Shown one piece after another: positions 24,101 to 35,565 of a stretch of 64,000 nt of DNA. The first letter of the stretch is position 1; every line of letters starts with the position of its first letter. A program made the translations under genes and the position numbers. The notes beneath the pieces are model-generated. The model was not told the origin of the DNA and ran no database searches. It saw only the letters and a list, made by a program, of their open reading frames with translations. The DNA comes from Lama guanicoe (lineage: Eukaryota): assembly GCA_013239625.1 (NCBI GenBank), contig MU053881.1, forward strand, positions 4,237,957 through 4,301,956, in the 5' to 3' direction.

Positions 24101-25952
24101 ATAAGTAGGTATGTGAGAAGATACGTAAATATTTTTTTCTAAACACAACCACTAGAACCTTTGCGAACAGGATCTAAGATGGGCAAAGGAAGAATGATTC
24201 TACTTCTTGTTTTACCCTTTTTTGTACTATTCATATTTATTACTACTGGGAGCACTATGTTACTATATATTTGTTAATGGACTCTTTTTGGTTTTCTTCT
24301 TGGTATTTACGTTAAAAGCAAATAAATGATACATTAAAGAAAAGCATCCTATCCTACATGAGGACATCTCATCAAATCTGGTAGGCCTTTAGGCCACAAG
24401 AAATAAAATATTATTAGCTTCTAGGTCAGTGAAAGACTGATCCTACTCAGGCTTCACCTCCCTCTCGCTGGCCCCATGCTGAGAAGGCAGATAGCAAGGC
24501 TACTCGGAAAAACCAGGGGAGAGGGCTCAGATTAAAAGATATTACCAAATAACTGATTTTTTCCAGTAGGACCAAAAAAAAAAAAAACCAATCTATGTGG
24601 GGAAATTAGTCAAATGAGTAAATCAATTAAAAAGATATAAATCAAAGGCTGGAAGCTAAAAGGAGTTAATTTGTTAACAAAAGAATAAAGGTGGCAGAAC
24701 CAGAAAGCAGACGATCATCTATCATCACAAAGACAGAAGCACACAACTCAACAAAGATGCAAAGAGTCATTTTAAATGATTTTATAAATCACCTCCTAAT
24801 TTATTAATGGGCTCACTGTCACAAAATTATTTTAGATACAAGCTTAACAGGACTTCCTGTGTTAAAACTGGCTTGTGTTTGTACTAGCTTGTTGGTATAA
24901 CCACATTCAAAGTATGCTGACAAGACATGAGCCAATTATTTATAAAGAGCTGCCTTACAGAAGGGCAGAGAATGAGTGTAATTTCAGTTTCTGTATATCC
25001 CTAACCCTCTTATCTATAAAATGAATGAAAAGTTTCTTATTTATAAAACGAAGAAATGAAGAGAGAATAACAAAAGATCCCATGTGTATATATGATGGTC
25101 GGACAGTCAGATGCTCAGTAAATAATAGTTTTTTCTCTTCCTCAAAAGTGAACTCCTATGTACATACTCTTAGCTTGGTCTTCAACAGTGACTCTCAGCT
25201 CTTCATTGCTATTTCAATGCTAATGACTACAGAGCACTTAGGGTTGACAATACGTTTTCATATTGTCTTTTTCCCGAAGGGATCGGGATCTTTCAACGTG
25301 CCCCTAACTATAGCAACTAGAACCACACTACATACATTTTCATTAAGTGACTACAACCTACATTTCTCCTGGGTAAATTATACCCTCCCTTTTCATAGAT
25401 TTCTGTCCCCCACCCCTCCTTAAGCAAACAATCTTTCCCCTTTCATTCCAAAGAACTATATAATTAAGAGATGTTGTTCTATGCTAACCTTTAAAAGATC
25501 TCTTACTAATCTCGTCTTCTGGGACACGCAAATATTTTAGCTGATGCTTCTAAGTGAAAGACATCCGTATTTTGCTGTTCTAGAACTTTCCCTGCCGTAA
25601 GGTTCATTTTTGAAGCAGCTAATCCTAAGGGCTAAAGCAGTGAAATGGGAGGTTGAGGGAGAAAGTACCATGGCACGAGCCCTTTTACACAGAGGTGGTG
25701 GTGGTTAAATGTTAGTTTTCTGCGGCAAATTAAAGCTTCAAGTCAGGTAAAAAGGAAAATTAATCATTTAATCTGATGTCTATCTCAGAGCTGAACCAAG
25801 ACACACGGGGGAGTGTGAGGGAAGTCTGACCTATGCTCAGCACTCTTTTCTGACTTAGCTGAGAAACTAAGATGCAGGCTTGCTTTTCATAACCGTAAGA
25901 CGGATATTCTAACTGTATTCCTATTATATAAGACTAACTAGGAAAAGGTATC

Positions 25953-26312
25953 TGTTACGGAATGAATAGTGTTCCCTCTTCAAAATTCATATGCTGAAGT
26001 CCCAAACCCCCAAAACCTCAAAATGTGACTGTATTTGAACTAAGGTCCTGAAAGAAGAGATTAAAGTTAAAGGGCACTGGGGTTGGCCCTGACCCACTAT
26101 GACTGGTTGGGACACAGTCATGAGCAGAAGAAAAAATTAGGTAAAGACCAGGAAAAGACAACTATCCACCAGTCAAGGAGAGGGGCCTCAGAAGAAATCA
26201 ACCTTACTGTCACCTTGATCTCAGACTTCCAGCCTCTAAGACTGGAAATAAATTTCTGTTTAAGCCACCCAGTCTATGGGACCTGTTATGACAGCCCTAG
26301 CAAAGAAACACA
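25953..26312 (+). mobile_element. ERVL-MaLR solo LTR (MLT1-like), 360 bp
   Basis: TG...CA termini; perfect 5-bp TSD GTATC at 25948-25952 and 26313-26317; MLT1-type motifs aaaattcatatgctgaagtc and gacttccagcctc...aataaatttctgtt. Confidence 0.85.
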
Positions 26313-29003
26313 GTATCCAAAAGGTAGCTAGAAAGTTTTTTTTAAATACATTTAAAATACAAGGATTTCCCCCCAAGAATGCCCCTCAAAAAAAATCTGT
26401 ACAACTAATAACACAACAACAGTAATTCTCTATAATTTGTAATTACTCTTTGTTGAATTACACTGGCAATGTCTTTTACAAGCCAGGAGTGGAATACAAA
26501 GGTAACGGCATAGTATGAAAACTGATGATTGAGCGCAGCCAAGGGGAAAAAAGCAACTTGACCCGCTGGATGAGTAAGCCCTTTTTATCTTCGTACGTGC
26601 AAATTCCAGTATTATTCCAATATGAACTGCTGAAGCTGGTAGACTGACTACTCTGAATCTTTTTTCTTTTTATTTACTTAGGATTTAAACCCCACTTCTT
26701 TCCAAAAAGCTTTGAGATTGCTTGAAAATTTCAAAACAAGTTGTACAATAAAAATCATAGCTGAAATTCAAATGTGCACAGGAGAAAGAAAGGAAACAGC
26801 TCGTTCAGATTTTTATCCAAACAAAGCAAGAAAAGTTTCAACTCAACAGAAGCCTGAAGGATGTAACTGCAGCAAAGTAGAATATATATAATCACCTTTC
26901 TAGTTTTTGAAAGCCTGAATAGACTATTTATGGTGGACAGGAAAGATCAGCTCCTGATAGTTTCTTAAAGTCTTAAAAATTGAATAATGAATATAAGGCA
27001 ACACAACGTATCAGGCTTTTATTTTCAGTTTTAAGAAAAAGCTGAATGGATTTAAGATGTGAAGGGACTGCATTTAAAAGGGCATAAAGTAAGTTTCAGG
27101 TTATGTATCTTAATAACAGACAAAGAAAGCACATTCAATCACAGACAAATTTTACAACTCCTCATAATCCCCTGCTTTGTGTTTTTTCCTTATCTTTAGC
27201 ACTAATATTCCTAATCTCCCCAAAATGACATGAATTATTTTAATTTGACTATACACCAGGTGCTACGCTAAATTACTTTACATGCACTTAATCTTCACCG
27301 CAATGCTATGAGATGGGTAGTATTTGTGATTTTTGAATTTAACTTCATTAAACATAATTAGTGCCTTACACTAGATTTGTAATATGGGGAGCCCCAAAAC
27401 CTGAGCACTCAGGAAAACAAAGCTACTACGAATCAATACATGAATGAGATCGATTTATCCATAGAAGCAATCCACCATGGAAGATGTATCGTAAATCTGA
27501 CTGAAGAGAATGGACAATGCCTAAGTCTAAATCAAGGTGACGAAAGAATTGTCTTAACATCCCTCCATCCCCACTGTGCTTTAATTTCAAGATTTTAAAG
27601 CAATCTTCTATAATCTGGACTTTGCTGTTGGAGAGAGAATGGGCCTATCACTTAACACCAGTATCTGGTCTACCTAGAAGTTCTGCTCCTCATTATGAAT
27701 GCATAAATTGGCATCCGGTCCTAGGTGGATGGTTATTAAGAACTAACACTTGATCAAACCTGACAATCAAGTTTTGGGACCCTGCAAAGCTCAATTCTGG
27801 ACCTAGGGCTACGGCAGCCATAACCCCATACTCTGGGTCTTGCCTGAGGAGCCAGCAAGTTTCCCCTCTCTGGCATCTTTGTTCTTTATCTTCCTATCTT
27901 TCAGTTTGAGACAATGTTAACCTCAGTCAGTATACTTTCATAATAAAATTTCCACATATATTACAATAAGAACCATCTAGTCTCCTTCTAGAGTTTACTG
28001 ACCAATAAAATTTCAAAACATAAAATGCTGAGAGGAGGGGAAGTTACCTTTATTTTTTTCTTTGCCAAGTAAGGGTCATTAAAAATTAATCTATTCTTTA
28101 AAAAAAAAAAGGATACCAACAGGGGGAGATAAAAGGAAAAAAAATCTCATCATAACAGACTCTAAAAAAAAAAAAATTAAGTGAATTTGACTTTAAGGAA
28201 AACCCACCAGAGAGTTACTTTTTCTCAACTCAACAAAGATGAACGAACCCCAGGGGGAACTGATCTAAGTTAGTGACTTCATGAAGAAATTGGGACAAAG
28301 AAGAGTTGATCATTTTGCCTAAGATCAGACAACAGTATCTCAAATCTTGGCTCACTGCATTTCCAGCACCTGCCTCTGGAACTTGGTCCACAGGAAAAGA
28401 TAAACCCATGCTCCAACAGGAAGCCCTCCATTATTTCCCCTTCTCCTGACTGCCACTGTCACCGCTGTGTTTGGTTTTGGGTCTACAAACATTTATGTTG
28501 ACATATTATGCTTTGGCATTACTTCTGGCAGCTGCAGCATGAAAAGACCAAAGACTGATGAACAAGTGAGGTTCTTACAGTCCCTAGGGGATCTTACACT
28601 CCCAGTAACTCTCATAAATCAAATCTCCTAACTTTTCCCGGCTCAACGACTCTATTTTCTACAGAACACTGACTTCAAACACTAACCAAAACGAAATCCA
28701 GTCATAAAAATCACTTTTAATTCCCCATTCCTTGGACAAGGAGTAGGATTTTTCAGCTTTGCTTTGTTTTGGAATAATGAGAATAAAGCTATTTAGTCAA
28801 GAACATCTCTTAGGTGGTGGGACTTACAATGTTAAGTTTCAGCAAATGAAAGGCATTACGAACACACAACTCTGAAATCCACATTCAACAGGAAAAGAGT
28901 GGGAGTAAACAAGACTTCTGTATTCCACCCAATTATTTTAAACTATAGTACTATAAAACAGACACTTAAACTTTATTTATGCATTTATTTTACGTATCAT
29001 ATT

Positions 29004-29256
29004 TTTAAATTGAAGTATAGTTGATGCACAATATGTTACAGGTATACAGTATAGTGATTCACAATGTTTAAATGTTATACTCCATTTATAGTTATTATAA
29101 AATACTGGCTCCATTCCCCACAGTGTACAGTACATCCTTATAGCTTATTTTATACCCGATAGCTTATATCTCTTAATCTTCCACCTTCATCTTGCCCCTC
29201 CCCTCTCCCTCTCCCCACTGGTAACCACTAGTTCCTTCTCTACATCTGTGAGTCTG
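29004..29256 (-). mobile_element. LINE-1 3' end fragment
   Basis: Typical reversed L1 3'UTR: attgaagtatagttgat...ggtaaccactagtt...tctgtgagtctg. Confidence 0.7.
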
Positions 29257-29908
29257 AAAACAGTTTTTAATTCTTTTAATTCCTTTCATGAGTAGATGGC
29301 CCCTCCTTCCCTATGAAATTTAGTTTGCTTAATATGCACATAAAGAGACTCAACTGGGCAATGGTAATATTTAGAACAGGCAAGGAGAACTTACTGAAGG
29401 CGCTAGAATATTAAAGGCCAGTAAAACTTCACTTTCCTTGTCCTCATCAGACAGCAAACAGCGAATGACCTCGGCCTCCACAGTGTCAAGCCCCGTGGTC
29501 TTACGCTGCTTTTTCTGATTTTAGATCTGATTACCTTCCCTTTCTCCTGGGACATTTTTTTCCAACTACATGGAAATGTTTATGTTGAAATTTCAAAGGT
29601 CACTCTACAGAAGCTAATGTCAGATGAAGCCACTCTTTGTGTGTTGTCATGGGATTCTCAGTTAGTCTCACTGCCACCAGTTTCAAGACAGCAAATCAGT
29701 TGGCTCTCAAAGTTTCAAAAAGTTCCTGCCATGATTTGGAGGAATAATCATTACTCATAAAAAAGCTGATTGGTTAGTAGTAACTTGCAGTCACCATTAC
29801 AGAGCAAACTAATGTCATTTCTCCACTTGCTGAAGCGTAACTACTGTATTTTCTACCTGGTACTAACAGTTCTGTGAATTTAGCTAGGGTGAATCAGTTA
29901 TCACTTAC

Positions 29909-29959
29909 CATTAATAAGCAGAGAGCTATCGGATCCTGGATATGAATAGTTTAGACGAC
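29909..29959 (-). CDS. CPEB4: CPEB4 exon 3 (51 nt, alternative): (G)RLNYSYPGSDSSLLIN
   Basis: Acceptor ccctcag|GTCGTC, donor AATG|gtaagt; symmetric phase 1-1; known 17-aa alternative segment. Confidence 0.95.
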
Positions 29960-30362
29960 CTGAGGGTAAAAGAAGGCCGTTACTAAATGTATTTTTTTCA
30001 TAGGTGGTTTAAACGTATTCAACAATAAAGCTGAAGTAACTGCATTAAAAGGTATTTAAAAAGCTATATTATGGGAATAAAACTTTGCTGCCCTAATGAA
30101 CACAATGAGTCAGAAGATGTATCAAACAGCACGTTCACAAACATTCAAAAAGGGGAAAGTCTGAAAGTGGGAAAACAAAATTTCCCTCATATTTAACTAT
30201 CTGGTTATTCTAATTTCCAAATCTCCATCCAAAATAATTTTCTTTATACCATTATGTTCTAATACCAGCTCATAATAACAACTTTCACGTTCTTCCCCCC
30301 ATAAATGTGCAATTTTTTCTTTCATGTGTAGTTTTTGGCTGCTTTTTGAAAGTATATAATTA

Positions 30363-30458
30363 GGGGGGAAGGTAAATAACTCAGTGGCAGCATGCGTGCT
30401 TAACATGCACAAGGTCCTGGGTTCAATCCCCAGCTCCTCCATTAAAAAATAAAATAAA
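30363..30458 (+). mobile_element. tRNA-Ala-derived SINE (Vic-1-like)
   Basis: B box GGTTCAATCCC and A-rich tail; degenerate TSD aaagtatataatta / aaagtaggtaatta. Confidence 0.85.
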
Positions 30459-33400
30459 AGTAGGTAATTAGCAGTAATTTTTATATGATTCATAACAAAA
30501 GTGCTAGTCTTATGGCCTACATGAAAAGACATGCTCATGAGTTTAAATTCATATTTTGGGGAATAAATACAGAAGGTAAAGAAACACATTTCATTGTACT
30601 TACACCTGAAGAAAACATCAAAACACATGGCACAATGCCCGGAGCACAACAGCATTCAATAAATGCTGGGTTAATTTCCTTTGAATTATGAAGTGGTTCA
30701 AAATTACATTTTGAGTCTAAAATGGGCACCCAAGATATCCATGGAAAAGAGTTTATAAAACTCTAAAATTTTTGGAGGATGCCCCATCTTCCAAGTTGGT
30801 AGCCACAAGTAAAGAGGGGCAATGCATTTCTGTTTTGGAAGCGTTTCTACACGTAAGTCGAGGTGTCCAGACCACATACCATGTACCTAGTTCATGCTAC
30901 AAGTCATAAAAATCACTATGACAACATTTTTATGCCACCATATTATTCCACATGCCCTTCACAAGGATGGTGGAAAACCATCAACAAGTCTTGTTCATCT
31001 GAGGAATGGATAGAGGAACTTGATAATTATCTACCATAGTCCAGCACTCTATAAATCAGGAGTGGTATGAGAATTTTAAATTGACTCAGAACTACAGACT
31101 ACAAACTACAAAACTACAAGGAAGCAGCAGTCTAAACTCTGACCCCACAGAACCACAGCAGGCTCTCCAAGACAATGAAAAAGTGGGCAAGCACTAGCGG
31201 CTGAGGCAGGCTTTTCAAGATGCCAAGAAGACTCTACCTAGTTCCAATAAACACTGCAGGAGTCAGAGCTAATATGTGACCCTATCAATCCAACAGCTAC
31301 AAATTTTTAACTCTTTGGAAAGGAACTTTAGGCCACAACTATTCTTCAACCTCTCAAAAGCCTGCTTCTTTGAAATAGTCTCCACAGAAATAAACTCATG
31401 CTATTAAAAAGATGAAATGGTTCTCTGTTGCTAATAGCTTTATTTAATCCATACGCAAAACTTGGGAGTCCAACGTGAAACAAAATCTGAACTCAGTTTT
31501 TCTACAATTTAAAAAACCAAATACAAGGATTTTAAAAATTGAGTTGCTAATTGTTTCACTTAAAATTCAGCTTGTTTCTGTTTAGGGAGGTGAGGTAGGG
31601 AGAGATGGGCGAGGAGGAGGTAAAAATTAATTCTGGTATTTCAATTTCTTCCTAAAAATTACTTTCATTATTTAATGCTAATGTACACAGCCAAGTATCC
31701 AAATCCAGTGAATTCCAGCTGAACTGCTTTAAATATAAGCCCAGATCACACGACCTGCCACAAGCATATCTTTAAAAAAAAAACCACAGACTTGAGATGC
31801 TGGAATAAGAATGTGATCTTAACTGTTAAAAACTCAGGGTGGGGTGAGTACTGTTTCTGAATCACTTAACTCAAAGTAGCAGCTGATTTTCTATAATGGA
31901 ACATTTGCATAAATATTGTAGCTGTAAAACTCTCTAGTAAATGAACTAACAGCTATCACACATCACCACTTCTATGTATCATAAAACGTTTTTTAAAAAG
32001 ATGATATAAACACAGAACAAAAACATTTAACAATATTAACTGAAGAAAATATTCTGTTATTTCTAAGAAGATATTTTAATTTTTGTAATGCTAACATGGG
32101 AATTGAAACCATGGGCTGTCCCATATGAACCATAATGTCTCTTATTTGATAACAAAGAGAACCCAAAGGACAAATTCCCAAACTAGCTGGCCCAGTTTAA
32201 CAAATCAAGTTCCACCTTATCAGAAACTCACATTTGGGGTAGCTTTTAAGGAGAGAGAGATAAGACTATCTCAACATGACAGGCACAAAAATATCCCTTA
32301 AGATCTGAGTCTGCCTCAACACACATTTCCTAAAGAGATGCCACCTTCTGCCCCAGAGATAGGGAAGCCTTGATCCCTTTTCTGCTCCTTAGACTTCCAA
32401 ATACAGTAGTACTCCTGCCCTTCAGCTAAGGCAACAGGGCACTGAAGGATCACTGGCAAAATTCAGTTTAACTCTGAAAGTGATACTTGCTTTTATTTTT
32501 TGACCTGTTCTTATTACATGAGTCCTGTCAGGCTGGACTCAGTTCTGGCCTCTGAGTAGTAAATACACCTGTAATATTTTGTTAAACCATCAGCGATGCT
32601 TTCAGTATTAACAGTGACATTTAAAAAAAAAACAAAAAACCTTAAGAAAAAACGTTCATGATGCTCCCCTACCCCACCTGCCCAATCTTTCTATAAATTC
32701 TTTAAATCATTCAACTATCTAGAGTCATCCATTCATGACATCTATTATGGAGAACGCGTATCGTTTGCCTTCTGGGAATCCTCCAAAAGGTCCCACTGTA
32801 AGCACCGCGGGACTTTACAGTCTTTTACAAGCCTTTCACATTCTCCTTGTACACCTTTCATTTCTGCTCCAGCATCCTCTCTGCTCTACAGACGCCGACT
32901 TTAACCGGCATATCTGCATTTCCTATTCCACGGCTGGATTACTGACAATCCCGCCCCTCCCCCCGAGACAGTGGTCCTTCTTCTTTGTTTCCACAGGAGG
33001 ATATTTTCAAGTCTTTTTTTGTTTGCTTGTCTGTTTTTCAGATTCACCTTTTTCCAGGGTATCTTGCCCAAAAAAGGAAACCCCCTTTTTTAGATTAACT
33101 CACCAAATTTTATTTCTCTGTGTTGTAACAGCCAACCTTCTTAGGTAATCATTTCAGCTACTGGTTAACTTTCTTATCTCTTTCAAGTAATAGGCGCTTT
33201 TAGGAACTAGAGCTTTTTTTTTTTTTTTTTTAAACCGAGGGACCTTGAGTTTCCTGTTTGGACACCAGGTAAGCACTCTATGAGTTCATTCCACGGAACT
33301 TAAAACACCAGCATTTCACAATGAGTAAAGTGAAGTAAAATAAAAATCACTGAGATATCTAAATATGAATGTAACCCAGTGTCTGTAGGTTTTGTTTCAC

Positions 33401-35029
33401 TGGTTTTTTGATAATTCATCTATCTACAGACATAACCCAGGTTTTGGCACATTTAGAATTGACTTCCTCAAGGGAGAAGGCAGGCGTTAGGATTTTAGGC
33501 AAGTAAATCTATTTAGTGAATGAAATGCAGCCTCTGAGGGCTCTTGGTATTGACTGTGTTATAAATACAAAGAAATACTGCCTGATCAGCAGTCCTAACC
33601 TTAGGGGACACAATGACAAGGAAAGTAGTAGCCTCTGGAGGCCAGCTGTGGCATTTGGAGCCAGAAGCCTGGCATACATCATGGAGAAGGCATACACTAT
33701 ATTTGGTGACATGACTCAACCTAGCCAAATATAGGCAACTGATACAGTGTGAGTCTGGGGAACCACACTACCAAATTCTACAGCCTGGAAAAGATTCAGA
33801 CTCCGACTAGGCAATTCTATGCTAGGCATTTGCAAGTTGGAAAGAACCAATATTTACCAACCAGAATGACTAAGAATTGCTGCGGGGAGGAGGTATTCAA
33901 AAGAACAGTATGTCCCATCATATTCTTTTTAAGACGCTAACTAAAGGAACCAAGTTAATGAGATGAAAGGAGAAAAAGACTAGAAGGAAATACTCTAAAA
34001 TATTGGCAGTAGATGTATCTATCACTTACAAAATTAGATAAAATAAGTTATTTTCTAAAAAGTAACCCAGATATTATTGCTACTGGTGATTCAGCAAGAA
34101 ATGATATAATAAATGCTGCCACTTCAAACATATAAACAACAAAAAATATCAAACGTTCTACAGTGCTATTAGGTTTCATTCTATGACCTTCTCTTTTCCA
34201 GTCACACCAGTATTGCTGGGGACGTGGTATGGGCCACAGAATGATAAGAGGGGCTAACTCTGCAAGGTTGTCTAAAACATAGCCGTGCAGTCCAACAAAG
34301 TGACAAGTAGTGTGAAATTCTGACTTTTTTTTTAATTGACTCACAGTATAAAAACTTACATACTCCAAAGAAAAAGGAGAGGTTTTCAGAGGACAGCACT
34401 GAAAACTGCTAACAAGGGAAGGATAAGCAGGGACTTAGGCCCAGATCTAAGACAGATCAAACATCTACACACATGACCACATGTATGTACATATTTAACA
34501 AGGATGCTCCTCCCAATTGTGCTCCTGCTAATTTTATTTAGCTCACATCTAAGTAAGCCAAAGCTGTACTGCCATAAATAATTTTTTAAAGGAGGTGCTC
34601 CACCTGCCTTTCCGCATCTGCTGTTTTTTTTTTTTTTTACCAACACTGCCCGAGACTTGCAGCAAGATGGCGCTGTGGGGACCTGGACGATGCAAGCAAG
34701 GTTCAAGAAATGTGTAATAAATTGTTTTTGAATACCAACTTTATATTTACACAAATGCAGAACACCTATCAATATGAACTAATAAAAATGTGTTCATTAT
34801 TTTCTATCATTTAATGATACAAAGGTAATCATTTTTAATAATTTATTCTATTGACCTAAAAGTAACTCCTCAAATCAATCAGTAACCTTATTCTACCTCC
34901 TGATCTATCTGTGATACAACCAACTTCCAGTAAAGACATTTCCATACAAAATTACAAAGGAGAAACTGACTAGGTCTGACATCAACTGGATGGAGAGTCT
35001 TACACCCTCTCAAAGAGCCATTTAAATTA

Positions 35030-35036
35030 CACACAG

Positions 35037-35065
<29 letters not shown>
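35030..35065. repeat. (AC)n microsatellite
   Basis: Directly visible. Confidence 0.9.
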
Positions 35066-35067
<2 letters not shown>

Positions 35068-35139
35068 GAGTTTAGGCTAAACAAAACTCCTCTCCAGGAC
35101 GGATCTGACTTTCAGTTTAAAGGCCAGGGCTTCTAAAAA

Positions 35140-35565
35140 ATACTTGAATTCTCTTGCCTATCTCTTCAAGTTCATCTCTCACACTGCCATTTCCCTTCCC
35201 ACATCGGCTACTCTAGACAATCAGAACTCCTGGTCCATTAACTCCTGGGTTCCTTCCTCTGTCTGGAATGCCCTCCTTTCTTTCTGTCCCCAATGTTTTA
35301 CCACTCCAGCTTCCCCTGTTTTGTCCAGGTAGATTCCTTGTTAGGCCTCACATCCTATGGAAAGTCCCTGCCCCCAGCCACCTGGGGTTCACGTATCCCT
35401 ATGGGCACCATACAACACTCTTTACACTTATACTATATTTAAATCACCTGTTTCTAAACTCTGTTCCTCTAGGGCAACAAAATATTTGAGGACAGATTTG
35501 GGGTCTTGCATGTCAGAGCTTAAAGCAGAGAAAGATGGTCAATAAATAGCTTTTGAATGAGTGAT
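35140..35565 (+). mobile_element. L2 LINE 3' fragment
   Basis: gttccttcctctgtctggaatgccct... ending tcaataaatagcttttgaatgagtga. Boundaries are approximate. Confidence 0.5.

Noticed and set aside
27440..27598. Small plus-strand ORF (MNEIDLSIEAIHHGRC...) as a possible pseudogene fragment
   Set aside because: No recognisable homology, poly(A) tail or TSD.
30197..30655. 152-aa minus-strand ORF, the longest in the track
   Set aside because: It runs through an antisense SINE (ELGIEPRTLCMLS) and AT-rich intron, so it is likely a chance ORF.
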